Assembly: GCA_005884195.1 (NCBI GenBank)
Contig: VBBP01000055.1
Coordinates: 15,021-79,020 of the forward strand
Origin: Candidatus Bathyarchaeota archaeon
GTDB taxonomy: Archaea > Thermoproteota > Bathyarchaeia > 40CM-2-53-6
Length of the DNA stretch: 64,000 nucleotides
Direction: 5' to 3'
Position 1 is the first letter of the stretch. Every line of letters starts with the position of its first letter. The notes below the pieces were generated by a model that did no database searches, was not told where the DNA came from, and saw only the letters and a program-made list of their open reading frames with translations. The translations under genes and the position numbers were made by a program. Positions 1-10,542 of the stretch are shown here, piece after piece.

Positions 1-1200
1 TCCGAGTATTCTGATCCCACTCACCTAGTCTTGAAGATGAAAAACGGCTACAACATAGGCATCTCTCTCGATAGAACCCAAAAGCTAGAGGTCATCGGTG
101 AGGGGGAGAAACCTCATTTCACCAAGCCTTCTCCACCGGCGAGTCATGCCGGGTTACCGAAGGTTTCAATTATCAGTACTGGCGGGACCATCGCCAGTAG
201 GGTTGACTATCGCACTGGTGCTGTGCAACCTGCACTCACAGCTGCCGACCTGGCAAGCGTCGTCCCAGAGCTCTCATCAATTGCAGAGATTGATACGCAC
301 ATCCTCTTCAGCGAGTACAGCGAGAGCATAGGCCCAACCCATTGGAAGGGCATGGCCGAAGAAGTCGCCAAAAAGATAGCCAACGGTGCAGAGGGAGTTG
401 TCATAAGCCATGGAACCGACACCCTACACTATACGGCGGCAGCTCTGAGTTTCGCCCTCGAAGGCATCCCTGTTCCAGTCCTACTCGTTGGAGCTCAGCG
501 ATCTTCTGACCGCCCCAGCTCAGACGCGGCCTCCAATCTCACGGGAGCAGTTGCGCTCGCCGCTCGTGCCGACATGGCCACTATTGGTGTTGCCATGCAC
601 CGAGACCTCTCTGACCACATTATCGTCGCTCATAGGGGCACTAGGGTCCGAAAGTGTCACACGAGTCGCCGAGACGCGTTCAAGTCGATAAACTCAGACC
701 ATCTGGCTAGCTACAATCTCAAGACCGGGCAGATCGAACTCGCCAATGAAGCTGCGAAGAGAGACAGGTCCCGGAAACTGGTTTTGAAGCCTCGTTTTGA
801 CCAACATGCGTACTTGATCAAGTTCTACCCGGGGATGAACCCGGGCATAATCGACTCCGCGGTTTCTACTGGAGCTCGAGGGATTGTCCTCGAAGGAACG
901 GGGCTAGGTCATGTTTCCGGACATTTATTCGATTCCGTGAAAAGAGCGTTGAAGCAAGAGGTTCCAGTCTTCATGGCTTCCCAGACGATTTGGGGACGCG
1001 TCGATATGAACGTCTACAACACTGGACGCGACCTGCTCAATCTAGGAGTCGCTCCTCTTGAAGACATGATTGCTGAAACGGCAATCGTCAAGCTGATGTG
1101 GGTCGCAGCCCAGACCAAGTCAGCAGGGAAGATTCGAGAGATGATGCTTCAGCCGATTGCAGGTGAAACAACTTCGAGGACACTGGCGGAGGCTTTCTAG
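1..1200 (+). CDS. gatD: Glu-tRNA(Gln) amidotransferase subunit D (GatD), 5'-partial at window edge
   Basis: Asparaginase-like motifs VSIISTGGTIAS and GTDT. The frame is open back to nt 1, and the N-terminal domain of GatD homologues is missing, so the gene starts upstream of the window. It ends at TAG 1198-1200. Confidence 0.88.
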   Translation, partial: SEYSDPTHLVLKMKNGYNIGISLDRTQKLEVIGEGEKPHFTKPSPPASHAGLPKVSIISTGGTIASRVDYRTGAVQPALTAADLASVVPELSSIAEIDTHILFSEYSESIGPTHWKGMAEEVAKKIANGAEGVVISHGTDTLHYTAAALSFALEGIPVPVLLVGAQRSSDRPSSDAASNLTGAVALAARADMATIGVAMHRDLSDHIIVAHRGTRVRKCHTSRRDAFKSINSDHLASYNLKTGQIELANEAAKRDRSRKLVLKPRFDQHAYLIKFYPGMNPGIIDSAVSTGARGIVLEGTGLGHVSGHLFDSVKRALKQEVPVFMASQTIWGRVDMNVYNTGRDLLNLGVAPLEDMIAETAIVKLMWVAAQTKSAGKIREMMLQPIAGETTSRTLAEAF

Positions 1201-3105
1201 TCGTCGGTAGACTATCGCGCGCTTGGTCTCAAGGTCGGTGTCGAGATACACAGACAGCTCGACACTGAGCACAAGCTCTTCTGCGATTGTCCAACCGTTC
1301 TATCCACAAGGCCCCCGACAGTCATCTTCGAGAGGCGACTTAGGCCCACACAGAGCGAGCTAGGCCAAATTGATCCCGCGGCTCTTTTTGAATTCCACAA
1401 GGGCAAGACCATCAGCTACGAGGCAGACCACGAAACCACGTGCCTGGTAGAGCTGGACGAGGAACCCCCCCACCGGTTGAACCCAGAAGGAGTGGATATC
1501 GCCCTAACCATGAGTATGCTTCTCCACGCGAAACCATTGGACGAGGTTCACGTCATGCGAAAGGTGGTCATCGACGGGTCAAACACAACCGGATTCCAGC
1601 GAACTGCGGTCATCGCACTCAACGGCTCCATAACCGTGGAAGGGGTTGAAGTTCCAATAGAACAAGTGACGCTTGAAGAGGACTCCGGGCGAAAAACAGG
1701 CGACACAAAGACCTCGGTAATCTTTCGTCTAGATCGGCTTGGAGTTCCGCTAATAGAAGTGTCGACTGGGCCAGTAATCCACGATCCAGAGCAGGCTGGA
1801 AGAGTTGCCTTTGCCATAGGCCGCATTCTCCGGGCAACCAAGAAAGTAAAACGAGGACTAGGAAGCATACGACAAGATCTCAACGTATCGATCAAGAACG
1901 GCGCCCTCATTGAGGTCAAGGGGGTTCAGGAACTCGAACTCGTTTCCAAGGCTGTAGGCTACGAGGTTCAAAGGCAGCTTGCGCTTCTCGAGATCAAAGA
2001 TGAGCTCCGACAGAGAAACGTGAACGCTTCGGATATCAAAGAGGAATTCGTTGACATCACCGACATTCTCTCGGGCTCAGAATCGAAGATCGTTCAATCC
2101 ACTCTCAAGCAGGGAGGAGTAGCATTGGCAGTCAAACTTCCCAGTTTCAAAGGCCTGCTCAAACGCGAACTAACCCCCAATGTCCGGCTCGGAACAGAAA
2201 TGGCCAAACGCGCGGTCTTCTGGGGTAGGGTTGGAGGAATATTCCATTCAGACGAGCTCCCTGCTTACGGAATTGATTCAAGCGGTGTCGAGGCGGTCGC
2301 TGAGAAGCTTGGATGTGGAGATCTTGATGGGTTTGTTGTCGTAGCAGATAGTCTCGAGAATTCGAAAGACGGTTTGAGGGCCGTCGTAGAGCGTGCCCGG
2401 GAGGCCGTGGAGAGGGTTCCGGAAGAAACACGGGCCGCAAACCCTGACGGGACCACTGTCTATCTGCGCCCAAGGCCTGGAGCTGCTAGAATGTATCCGG
2501 AGACCGATGTCCCACCGGTTCAGATCGGCGAGGACCGACTTGAACAGCTCTGGGAGAACCTTCCCCGAATGCCGGAAGAACTCGCCAAGGAACTAGAGAC
2601 CAAACATAGTCTCAGCTCCAAGCTAGCGACTCAGCTCGTGGATTCCGATTATCTTCCCCTTTTCGAAGAAATTGTCGCTCAAGCAAAAGGGGTCGCGCCC
2701 AGCTTCGTCGCAACGGTTCTCACAGAATCTCTGAGAAGTCTGCAAAGGGAACAAGTCCCTGTGGAAAATGTGCGGGAAGACCAGCTCAAACAAGCGTTCG
2801 ACCTGGTTTCAAAGGGCGCAACGGCAAAGGAGTCCGTTCTAGACGTTCTCAAATGGCTCGCATTCCACCCAGACGGAATCGCTGAAGAGGCGGTGGACAT
2901 GTTGAACCTCCGAATGCTGACCAAGTTGGATCTAGAGAATATCATCAGCAAAGTTGTTGAGTCTAATCAGACCTTCGTTCAAGAAAACGGATCGAAAGCC
3001 CTCGGACGAATGATGAACCTAGTAATGGGCGAGGTGCGGGGACGGGCTGACCCTCGACAAGTCACCGAACTATTGCGGTCTCGTTTGGAACAGGTCAGAA
3101 CATGA
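1201..3105 (+). CDS. gatE: Glu-tRNA(Gln) amidotransferase subunit E (GatE), start codon unresolved
   Basis: The conserved GatE N-terminus (VDYRALGLKVGVEIHRQLDTEHKLFCDCP) is encoded from nt 1207, in frame right after the gatD TAG. There is no ATG/GTG/TTG before the TTG at 1477. The rest is a GatB/YqeY-like C-terminal region. Confidence 0.82.
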   Translation, partial: SSVDYRALGLKVGVEIHRQLDTEHKLFCDCPTVLSTRPPTVIFERRLRPTQSELGQIDPAALFEFHKGKTISYEADHETTCLVELDEEPPHRLNPEGVDIALTMSMLLHAKPLDEVHVMRKVVIDGSNTTGFQRTAVIALNGSITVEGVEVPIEQVTLEEDSGRKTGDTKTSVIFRLDRLGVPLIEVSTGPVIHDPEQAGRVAFAIGRILRATKKVKRGLGSIRQDLNVSIKNGALIEVKGVQELELVSKAVGYEVQRQLALLEIKDELRQRNVNASDIKEEFVDITDILSGSESKIVQSTLKQGGVALAVKLPSFKGLLKRELTPNVRLGTEMAKRAVFWGRVGGIFHSDELPAYGIDSSGVEAVAEKLGCGDLDGFVVVADSLENSKDGLRAVVERAREAVERVPEETRAANPDGTTVYLRPRPGAARMYPETDVPPVQIGEDRLEQLWENLPRMPEELAKELETKHSLSSKLATQLVDSDYLPLFEEIVAQAKGVAPSFVATVLTESLRSLQREQVPVENVREDQLKQAFDLVSKGATAKESVLDVLKWLAFHPDGIAEEAVDMLNLRMLTKLDLENIISKVVESNQTFVQENGSKALGRMMNLVMGEVRGRADPRQVTELLRSRLEQVRT

Positions 3106-3581
3106 CAAGTAGCAAAGACGAGCCGAAGGCTGAGGAGATTGCCCTCGACGATCTTGACAGGAAGATATTGCACTGGTACCTCATCGATGCTCGTCTCTCG
3201 TACAGGGAATTAGCACACAAGCTAGGCGTCTCCACGACCACTGTTCAGTCTAGAACCGCGAAATTGGAGAAGGTGGGAATAATTCGAGGCTATTCAGCAC
3301 TGTTCGATCATGACAAGATTGGATTCCAGCTCACCGCGATCACAGAGGTCAGCGTCGCCAAAGGCAAGCTTCTCGAACTGGAAAAGGAGGTCGCCAAGAT
3401 GCCGCAAGTCCTCGCAGTCTATGACGTCACAGGACTCACGGATGCGATGGTCATTGCGAAGTTCAGGAGCCGAGACGATCTAAGCAAGTTCACCAAGGCA
3501 CTATTAGCGATGCCATTCGTTGAACGGACTAACACTCACATTGTCTTAACGACAGTAAAGGAAGATTTTCGTCTACTCTAG
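3102..3581 (+). CDS. Lrp/AsnC family transcriptional regulator
   Basis: HTH (RELAHKLGVSTTTVQSRTAKLEKVGII) followed by an AsnC/RAM domain. Its ATG overlaps the gatE TGA (ATGA). Confidence 0.85.
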   Translation: MTSSKDEPKAEEIALDDLDRKILHWYLIDARLSYRELAHKLGVSTTTVQSRTAKLEKVGIIRGYSALFDHDKIGFQLTAITEVSVAKGKLLELEKEVAKMPQVLAVYDVTGLTDAMVIAKFRSRDDLSKFTKALLAMPFVERTNTHIVLTTVKEDFRLL

Positions 3582-4418
3582 TTTGGAGCTTAGACGCGTG
3601 GCTTCCTTCAAAGATTGAACGGTTTTTTTCAGTTGAGTCTCAGCTTGACTCGGATCATCGAGGTGGTTTCCGACGATTCTGACCAAAGCGCTTCCAACGA
3701 TTGCCCCGTCAGCCCCAGATTGTATGACGGCGGAGACGTGTTCAGGTTGCGAGATCCCAAATCCAGCGGAAACCGGAATCTTTCCCCTCGCCAAGAACTT
3801 GACCGCCCTGACAGCCTCAAGCGCTTGTGGGCTGAGCGAGTCCCGAGGACCCGTAACACCGTAGATTGAGACGAGATAGAGGAAACCCTTCGACTTGTCG
3901 AGAACGGTTCGGAGTCTAGTCCGGGAAGTGTTTGGTGCTGCCAAGTAGATGTTATCGACGTTGTGTTTCAGAGATATGTTCCTGAACTCCTCGCTTTCTT
4001 CGACGGGCAAATCTGGAACGACGATCCCGTCAACACCACTCTCACGAGCTTTCTGCAGGAAGCGGTCCAAGCCCATCGCAAGAATCGGATTGTAATAACT
4101 CAGAACGACAAACGGAACCGGAAACTGCGTTGAGAGTTCTCTGATCATGTTAAGGACTACTAGAGGGGTGGTTCCGTTGGACAAGGCGCGCATGCTAGAC
4201 GCCTGGATCACTGGTCCGTCGGCGATTGGATCCGAGAATGGAATCCCGATCTCAACGATGTCCGCTCCGCCCTCTATCAATGCGGTAGAATTAGCCAAGA
4301 ATGTTTTCGGGTCGGGGTCGCCCCCTGTTAGGTAAGCAACCAGTGCTCCCTCTCTGAGGCCACGGAGTTCTCGAAACTTCGCTTCTATTCTATCATCATT
4401 GTGGGAGGTGTTTGGCAA
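3573..4418 (-). CDS. trpA: tryptophan synthase alpha subunit
   Basis: [12 protein letters not shown] ... [17 protein letters not shown] motifs. Confidence 0.9.
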   Translation of the reverse strand: MPNTSHNDDRIEAKFRELRGLREGALVAYLTGGDPDPKTFLANSTALIEGGADIVEIGIPFSDPIADGPVIQASSMRALSNGTTPLVVLNMIRELSTQFPVPFVVLSYYNPILAMGLDRFLQKARESGVDGIVVPDLPVEESEEFRNISLKHNVDNIYLAAPNTSRTRLRTVLDKSKGFLYLVSIYGVTGPRDSLSPQALEAVRAVKFLARGKIPVSAGFGISQPEHVSAVIQSGADGAIVGSALVRIVGNHLDDPSQAETQLKKTVQSLKEATRLSSKLE

Positions 4419-5598
4419 CTATCTCCACATCCTTGTCGCCCCTGCCTGAAAGGTTGACGATGATCGAATCCCTTGTCCCGAGACTCTTCGCCAACTTCAT
4501 CGTGTAACTGATAGCGTGGGCTGATTCCAAAGCTGGCATGATTCCCTCCAGTTGTGAGAGGTTCTTGAACGCCTCCAGAGCCTCCTCATCGGACACTGTG
4601 ACGTATTTGGCTCGCCCCGCAGTCATCAGGAAGGCGTGTTCCGGCCCGACGCCGGGATAGTCTAGCCCGGCCGAAATACTCCGGGTAGTCTGCACTTGTC
4701 CCACCTCGTTCTGCAGAACATAAGTCATCATCCCGTGTAGGACTCCTTCGCGTCCAGCAACTAACGGCGCCGCGTTTTGTCCCGGCGACAAGCTTTCTCC
4801 ACCCGCTTCGACTCCGTAAAGGTCAACATCCGGATCGTGCAAGAACGAATGGAAGATTCCGATCGAGTTGCTCCCCCCGCCGACACATGCAACTAGAGCT
4901 TTCGGAAGTCCGCCCTCTTGTTGCATAATCTGCTTCCGCGCCTCCTTCCCTATCACACTCTGGAAGTCTCGGACCATCGTTGGGTAGGGGTGGGGACCTA
5001 CAACCGACCCGAGAAGATAGTAAGTGTCCTGAACGTTTGTGACCCAGTCTCTCAACGCTTCATTGATCGCATCCTTCAAAGTCTTGGACCCGGACTCGAC
5101 TGGGTGCACTTTGGCACCGAGCATCTTCATCCGGTATACGTTCAACTTCTGCCGGTCCATGTCCTCGCTTCCCATGTAGACCTCCGCACGTAATCCTAAA
5201 GCTGCGCACGCCATGGCTGTAGCAACCCCATGTTGTCCCGCCCCGGTTTCGGCAATGATCCTTCGCTTTCCCATCTTCTTTGCAAGGAGAGCTTGGCCAA
5301 GCGTATTGTTGATCTTGTGAGCGCCGCCGTGCAAGAGGTCCTCTCTCTTCAGGTAGATTCTTGCTCCTCCAACATGGCTGGTCAGATTAGTAGCAAGGTA
5401 TAGTGGCGTAGGTCTGCCTGCGAAATCGTCCAGCCAGCCCGCCAACTCCTTCTTGCATGAGGGGTCACGCGAGAACCTATTGTATGCCTCCTCAAGCGCT
5501 CTCAGCGGCTCCATCAGGGTCTCAGGGACATACTGTCCTCCGTATTTTCCGAACTTTCCCGGCTTGGAATGTGTCCTTGGTTCGGCGTGTTTTTTCAA
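4396..5598 (-). CDS. trpB: tryptophan synthase beta subunit
   Basis: [16 protein letters not shown] and a PLP-fold region (GGGSNSIG). Confidence 0.92.
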   Translation of the reverse strand: MKKHAEPRTHSKPGKFGKYGGQYVPETLMEPLRALEEAYNRFSRDPSCKKELAGWLDDFAGRPTPLYLATNLTSHVGGARIYLKREDLLHGGAHKINNTLGQALLAKKMGKRRIIAETGAGQHGVATAMACAALGLRAEVYMGSEDMDRQKLNVYRMKMLGAKVHPVESGSKTLKDAINEALRDWVTNVQDTYYLLGSVVGPHPYPTMVRDFQSVIGKEARKQIMQQEGGLPKALVACVGGGSNSIGIFHSFLHDPDVDLYGVEAGGESLSPGQNAAPLVAGREGVLHGMMTYVLQNEVGQVQTTRSISAGLDYPGVGPEHAFLMTAGRAKYVTVSDEEALEAFKNLSQLEGIMPALESAHAISYTMKLAKSLGTRDSIIVNLSGRGDKDVEIVAKHLPQ

Positions 5599-6380
5599 GC
5601 GTTGACTAGCTCCCTTACCTTCCCTTCGATGTCCGACGATTTCATTATCGAAGTACCCACAAGAAATGCTCTGGCGCCCGCAGCTTTTAGTCGTCGGACA
5701 TCGTTGGGAGACTCTATCCCACTTTCCGATACGATCGGTCTATCAAGGTCGGCGTTCTCTGCGAGGATTTTCTCCGTGGTGGAGAGGTCCAGTTGGAATG
5801 TGGATAGGTTTCGGTTGTTGATACCGTAGAGGTCTGGTCTGAATCTTCGCAGATTCTCAAACTCGCCAGTGCTGTTTGCCTCCAGTAAGACCTCCAGTCC
5901 AAGCCGATTAGCTTCGAGAACCATACTATCGAGCCCAACATTGGACAGTTTCCTAGTGAAGATTTCAGAAATCAATACCACCGCACTTGCTCCGGCTCTT
6001 TTTCCGGCTTGGAGTTGCTTCAGTGACACAACGATGTCTTTCATTATCGTCGGCGCCTCAATATCCTGGCTGATGGTAACCAGTGTTTCCAAATTGCCAT
6101 CAAAGTTTTCCGGGTCCGTAATAACCGAGATCGCACAAGCTCCGCCGCTCAGCATTGCCCTCGCAATCTGAAGAGGGTCCCCAGGTTCTCTGATCTTTCC
6201 AGCGGATGGAGAAGCGTATTTTATCTCCGTGATGACCGGCGTCATTCTGCTGTCCTTGATTGCTCTTACCAAGCTTCTCGGAGATGTGTCTGCCGCACCA
6301 CCGTTGTCGTAGTAGCCCCGTGTGACTCTAGCTCTGGCTTTAGCGGCTAGCTCGGGCAAATGGTCTACCATGAATGTCAA
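5595..6380 (-). CDS. trpC: indole-3-glycerol phosphate synthase
   Basis: [20 protein letters not shown] and RNL motifs. ATGA-type overlaps with both neighbours. Confidence 0.85.
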   Translation of the reverse strand: MTFMVDHLPELAAKARARVTRGYYDNGGAADTSPRSLVRAIKDSRMTPVITEIKYASPSAGKIREPGDPLQIARAMLSGGACAISVITDPENFDGNLETLVTISQDIEAPTIMKDIVVSLKQLQAGKRAGASAVVLISEIFTRKLSNVGLDSMVLEANRLGLEVLLEANSTGEFENLRRFRPDLYGINNRNLSTFQLDLSTTEKILAENADLDRPIVSESGIESPNDVRRLKAAGARAFLVGTSIMKSSDIEGKVRELVNA

Positions 6381-7426
6381 GCCAAATCTTTGAGACGCTG
6401 AGTATTTCCGCCCGAAAACTCTACGAGCTGATGAAGGACTCGGAACGGCTTTCCGTCACTCACAACATTGGAAGCTATCTCTACTCCCTCTCCGAAATTT
6501 TCAGCTTTATCGCACAGGACGAGTCCCGCAGCCGCGTTCGCCAACACCATTTGGACGCGGGGATCGTTATGTCCTAGATGTCCTGATAGGATCTTGGCCG
6601 TGGTGCGCGCGTTCTCCTCTGGGTCAGAGCCAGCAACTTCCTCGGTTGTGCTTCTCTTGAAGCCCAGATCTTCTGGCTCCACCTCATCCCGAAACACTCT
6701 TCCATTTTGACGTCTTACGATGATTGTTTTGCCCGTTATGGAGATCTCATCGACTCCATCGAGCCCGTAGACGGTCATCACAGATTTCGCTCCTATGTTG
6801 TGGGCTGCGAGGCACATCGGTTCTAGGAGCTCACTATCGTAGACTCCGATGAGTTGGGCGTTTGCTCCTGCAGGGTTTGTTAGGGGGCCAAGGATGTTGA
6901 ATACGGTGCGCACGCCTATCTCGCGTCTCACCGAGGCCACATTTTTCATGGCCGGGTGGAAGTTGGGTGCGAACATGAACCCGATTCCAATCTCTTCGAT
7001 CGCCCTCTCGACCAACTCTGCTTCCATGTTCAGATTCAGACCCAATTGCTCGAGAACGTCTGCGCTTCCGCAGTTGCTCGTGAACGAGCGATTGCCATGT
7101 TTTGCCACCGGAACGCCAGCGGCCGCTATTACGAAAGCAGCGGTGGTGCTGACATTGAACGTCTTCGTTCTGTCTCCGCCAGTCCCGCAAGTATCCAACA
7201 GGTAACCGTCTATTTTCGGGTGGATTCTCCGGCTGAACTCCCGCATTACCTGCGCCAGAGCAGTGACTTCGTCAGCTGTTTCCCGCTTCTTCTTCAGTCC
7301 TATCAGAAACGCTGCGACCTGCGATGACGTCGCTTTCCCAGACATGATCTCCCTCATCGTAGTCTTCGCCTGATCGGGCGTCAACTCGTGATTCTCAAGG
7401 AGTAGCGGGATGCAATCTTTGATCAT
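6377..7426 (-). CDS. trpD: anthranilate phosphoribosyltransferase
   Basis: DTCGTGGD, NVSTTAAFV and LGPLTNPAGA motifs. ATG start. Confidence 0.9.
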   Translation of the reverse strand: MIKDCIPLLLENHELTPDQAKTTMREIMSGKATSSQVAAFLIGLKKKRETADEVTALAQVMREFSRRIHPKIDGYLLDTCGTGGDRTKTFNVSTTAAFVIAAAGVPVAKHGNRSFTSNCGSADVLEQLGLNLNMEAELVERAIEEIGIGFMFAPNFHPAMKNVASVRREIGVRTVFNILGPLTNPAGANAQLIGVYDSELLEPMCLAAHNIGAKSVMTVYGLDGVDEISITGKTIIVRRQNGRVFRDEVEPEDLGFKRSTTEEVAGSDPEENARTTAKILSGHLGHNDPRVQMVLANAAAGLVLCDKAENFGEGVEIASNVVSDGKPFRVLHQLVEFSGGNTQRLKDLA

Positions 7427-7431
7427 GCGAG

Positions 7432-8010
7432 TTAGTCCTCCAGGAAGTTCTTGATGATCCGATGCCCTGGCACGGTAAGGATGGACTCTGGATGGAACTG
7501 AACGCCTTCGATCGGAAACTCTCTATGGCGGACGCCCATTATCTCGTTGTCATCTGTGGACTGGGCGGTCACTTCGAGGTTTTTCGGTAGGCTCTTTCCG
7601 TCGGCGACAAGAGAGTGATATCTCGTAGCCTTGAACGGGCTCTTGATTCCGCTGAGAACCCCTTTTCCATCGTGTCTGATCGGGCTGGTCTTGCCGTGGC
7701 GTGGTTTCCTTGCTCGAACTATTTTGCCGCCGAATGCATGAACAATCCCTTGGTGTCCCAGACAGACGCCCAGTGTCGGGGTCTGCCTGCTCAATTCTCG
7801 GAGGATAGCCGTGCACGTCCCGAAGTATCGCGTATTGCTGGGGGTGCCCGGACCGGGGGAGATTATGATCCTGTCAGGTGAGAGTTCCTTGACCCCTGCG
7901 ACATCTATCTCATCATTCCGTTTCACAACAACTTTGTCGGCAATCTCACCAACATACTGGGCTAGGTTGTAGACGAAGCTGTCGTAGTTGTCGATGATCA
8001 GAACCCTCAC
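7432..8010 (-). CDS. trpG: anthranilate synthase component II (glutamine amidotransferase)
   Basis: Class-I GATase triad context (GVCLGHQ ... HPES). GTG start overlaps the trpE TGA. Confidence 0.85.
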   Translation of the reverse strand: MRVLIIDNYDSFVYNLAQYVGEIADKVVVKRNDEIDVAGVKELSPDRIIISPGPGTPSNTRYFGTCTAILRELSRQTPTLGVCLGHQGIVHAFGGKIVRARKPRHGKTSPIRHDGKGVLSGIKSPFKATRYHSLVADGKSLPKNLEVTAQSTDDNEIMGVRHREFPIEGVQFHPESILTVPGHRIIKNFLED

Positions 8011-9368
8011 CGGTCTTCCTCCTGGGCCTGATCAATCGCAGTGAACAAAGCCGCTGTCTTTCTCTCGGACTCGATCCATTCCCGGTCAGGGACCGAATCA
8101 GCAACTATCCCTGCTCCGGCCTGGAGATAGCAGTACCCGTTTTGGGCGCAAAGAGTCCTGATTGTTATCGCGAAATCGCTGTTTCCGTTTGCAGAGAAGT
8201 AACCGACGGCTCCCGCGTAAGGACCCCTCGCAGTGGTTTCCAGCTCCTCGATAATCTCCATCGCACGAACTTTGGGGGCTCCCGAAACTGTGCCGGCAGG
8301 GAAGACAGCTCTTAGCAAATCGAAGCTAGTTGCACTCTTTCTCAGCTGTCCAGTGACCCTCGAAACGATGTGTTGGACATGGCTGTACCCCTGAACTCGC
8401 ATGAACTCGGGAACCTTGACAGTCCCATAATCGCAGACTCGACCGAGATCATTCCGGGATAGGTCCACGAGCATCACATGTTCCGCACGTTCTTTTTCGT
8501 CCTGAAGCAGTTCAGCCGCCAGTGCTTTGTTTCTGGCTGAATCCCCGGTGAAGGGCCGGGTTCCTGCGATGGGGAAGCTTTCCGCGTTGCGACCGATCTT
8601 CCGGGCCAGCATCTCTGGGCTGGACCCGACTATTTCCCTGTCGCCGAACTTGAGGTAGTACATGTATGGGGAGGGGTTGATTCTCTTCAGCGCCCGATAG
8701 AACCGGAGGAGCGAGCCCTTGAACGGAATCTTGTACCTCTTCGAGAGGACTACCTGAAAAATATCTCCGGATTCAATGTAGTCCTTGGCCTCGTCGACTC
8801 GCTCGCAGAAGTCTTCCTGGCTAACGTTCGATTTTGGCTTACCGAAACTAACTTGATCGCTATCAGTCGATTCCTTCAGTAGTTCCTTGGCTTTCTCTAT
8901 TCTGTTTTCTTCCCGATAGAAGTAGTACGTTCTGCTGCTGAGATGATCGAAAACAATGCCATCTTCGAAGAGTCCGAACTCCACATCAGGGAATCCGTTG
9001 CCTTTGTTTCCCAGTCTGGGAATCTTTTCAAAGGAACGTACAAGATCGTAGGACGCGTATCCGACAAGGCCGCCAGCGTATCTCTCGCCTGGACTTCGTT
9101 CTTTGACTGGGCTGTTGACACTTGCTAGAAGCGCTAGAGGGTCTTCGCACTTCTCGATCCGTCTTTCCGATCTCTGCCGATCTAAGATCTCAGCCTGTTC
9201 CTTGGAGGTACGAATCGTCTTCTGCGGGTCGAATCCTACGAAAGTGTACCTAGTTAGGCGGCGAAGTCCCTCGACTGACTCAAGAATGAAGCATGTGTCA
9301 TACTTGTCTCGGATAGTTGCGAAAATGTCTATCGGTTGTTTTCTAGTTTCTAGCGGAAGATAGTTCAG
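8007..9368 (-). CDS. trpE: anthranilate synthase component I, full length with a likely CTG start
   Basis: The ORF track truncates this to 8007..8984 (GTG). The same frame is open up to 9431 and encodes the conserved N-terminus (FILESVEGLRRLTRYTFVGFDP ... GGLVGYASYD). No ATG/GTG/TTG lies upstream of 8984. CTG at 9368-9366 gives an N-terminus of the same length as Sulfolobus TrpE. Confidence 0.82.
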   Translation of the reverse strand: MNYLPLETRKQPIDIFATIRDKYDTCFILESVEGLRRLTRYTFVGFDPQKTIRTSKEQAEILDRQRSERRIEKCEDPLALLASVNSPVKERSPGERYAGGLVGYASYDLVRSFEKIPRLGNKGNGFPDVEFGLFEDGIVFDHLSSRTYYFYREENRIEKAKELLKESTDSDQVSFGKPKSNVSQEDFCERVDEAKDYIESGDIFQVVLSKRYKIPFKGSLLRFYRALKRINPSPYMYYLKFGDREIVGSSPEMLARKIGRNAESFPIAGTRPFTGDSARNKALAAELLQDEKERAEHVMLVDLSRNDLGRVCDYGTVKVPEFMRVQGYSHVQHIVSRVTGQLRKSATSFDLLRAVFPAGTVSGAPKVRAMEIIEELETTARGPYAGAVGYFSANGNSDFAITIRTLCAQNGYCYLQAGAGIVADSVPDREWIESERKTAALFTAIDQAQEEDR

Positions 9369-9450
9369 ACTGGTGGGGCGCGTTGTGAGTTGCTGTCCAA
9401 AGACTATACCCCATGGATGTCGCCTTTGCCCTCATTCTCTCATGTCGCTT

Positions 9451-10536
9451 TTATAGCTTGCGTGTCCACTTCTGTACATTGGATGATAGTCTCTTCCTCA
9501 AGCTACTCGTTTGCTTGGATCGAGTCTGGGCAAGTGTCGTTGCAACATCGAGGAATTTCTGTCTGATAGCTGGGAGGAACGGGTTCAGCTGTTGGATTCC
9601 AACAATTGTGTCCCAATTGTCCAGCATGTTGGCAATCATGCCTTCAGTCTCTCTGAGAGACTGAGTCCTAGGCTCTCCCCCCATCCCGTCGAGGCCTATT
9701 CCGAGAGAAATCAGGGCAAAATGATGCAGCCCCTGTACATAGGCCATGGCCTTGTCATGTTGGGCAGCCGACATTGTTTGAACCCTTGCTCCGCCACCCT
9801 GCAGCGCACGGGCTAGCTTCGACCATTTCTGGCCAGCAGTGTAGGACACGGCGATGATGGTTTGATCATGAAGATGGTCTATGTTGGGTCCGAAGAGAGG
9901 GTGCAAGCTCACGTATTCCAGTCCTTTCGGGATTTTTTCCGCAATCCTATCCGATATTCCTGTCTTGACCGAGGATACATCGGTTAGAAGGCTACCTGCT
10001 GTCATAAGGGACGCGGTCTCGGTTGCGACCCTGACCGTTTCCTCCATTGGCACGGCTAGGATCACTACGTCGGACAATGCTGCGTCCAGGATTGTTCCCG
10101 GTTCGACCTCTATTTCTTTGGCCGATGTCCGGGTTTTGTTGATCTCTCTGCCCGCTAGCTTGACCTTCGCTCCTTGGAGGCTGGCGAATCTTGCGAAGAA
10201 CCGTCCCATTCCTCCGGTCCCGCCTACGATCAGGATTCTTGTCTGATCAAGTTTCTTGCTTGATTTTTCAGGGTGGTCTTGCTGCGCCTCAACGCTTAGG
10301 GCAAGAATCTGCTCGAATACTGGCCTGATGAATTTTGGGTTAATGTCGAGTGACGTGGCGGTTCGTTCTATCTTTCTGAGGATGACTTTCTCTCGCTCGG
10401 GATCGCGATAGTCGAGGCCTCTCTTCTGTTTGATTCTGCCCAGGAGCCTTGCGTTCTCGTATCTGTTCTTGAGGAGCCGAACAATCTCTTGGTCTAGCTC
10501 ATCGATCTTGTCACGAATTCTATTGACGTCGTCCAT
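9451..10536 (-). CDS. tyrA: bifunctional chorismate mutase / prephenate dehydrogenase
   Basis: N-terminal AroQ-type CM helix pattern (RIRDKIDELDQEIVRLLKNR), then a TyrA Rossmann domain (ILIVGGTGGMGRFFA). Confidence 0.75.
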   Translation of the reverse strand: MDDVNRIRDKIDELDQEIVRLLKNRYENARLLGRIKQKRGLDYRDPEREKVILRKIERTATSLDINPKFIRPVFEQILALSVEAQQDHPEKSSKKLDQTRILIVGGTGGMGRFFARFASLQGAKVKLAGREINKTRTSAKEIEVEPGTILDAALSDVVILAVPMEETVRVATETASLMTAGSLLTDVSSVKTGISDRIAEKIPKGLEYVSLHPLFGPNIDHLHDQTIIAVSYTAGQKWSKLARALQGGGARVQTMSAAQHDKAMAYVQGLHHFALISLGIGLDGMGGEPRTQSLRETEGMIANMLDNWDTIVGIQQLNPFLPAIRQKFLDVATTLAQTRSKQTSSLRKRLSSNVQKWTRKL

Positions 10537-10542
10537 GAGGGG

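Noticed and set aside
8007-8984. trpE as a truncated or pseudogenised gene (325 aa ORF call)
   Set aside because: The upstream 447 nt are open in the same frame and encode the conserved TrpE N-terminal domain. The gene is intact and simply lacks a canonical start codon.
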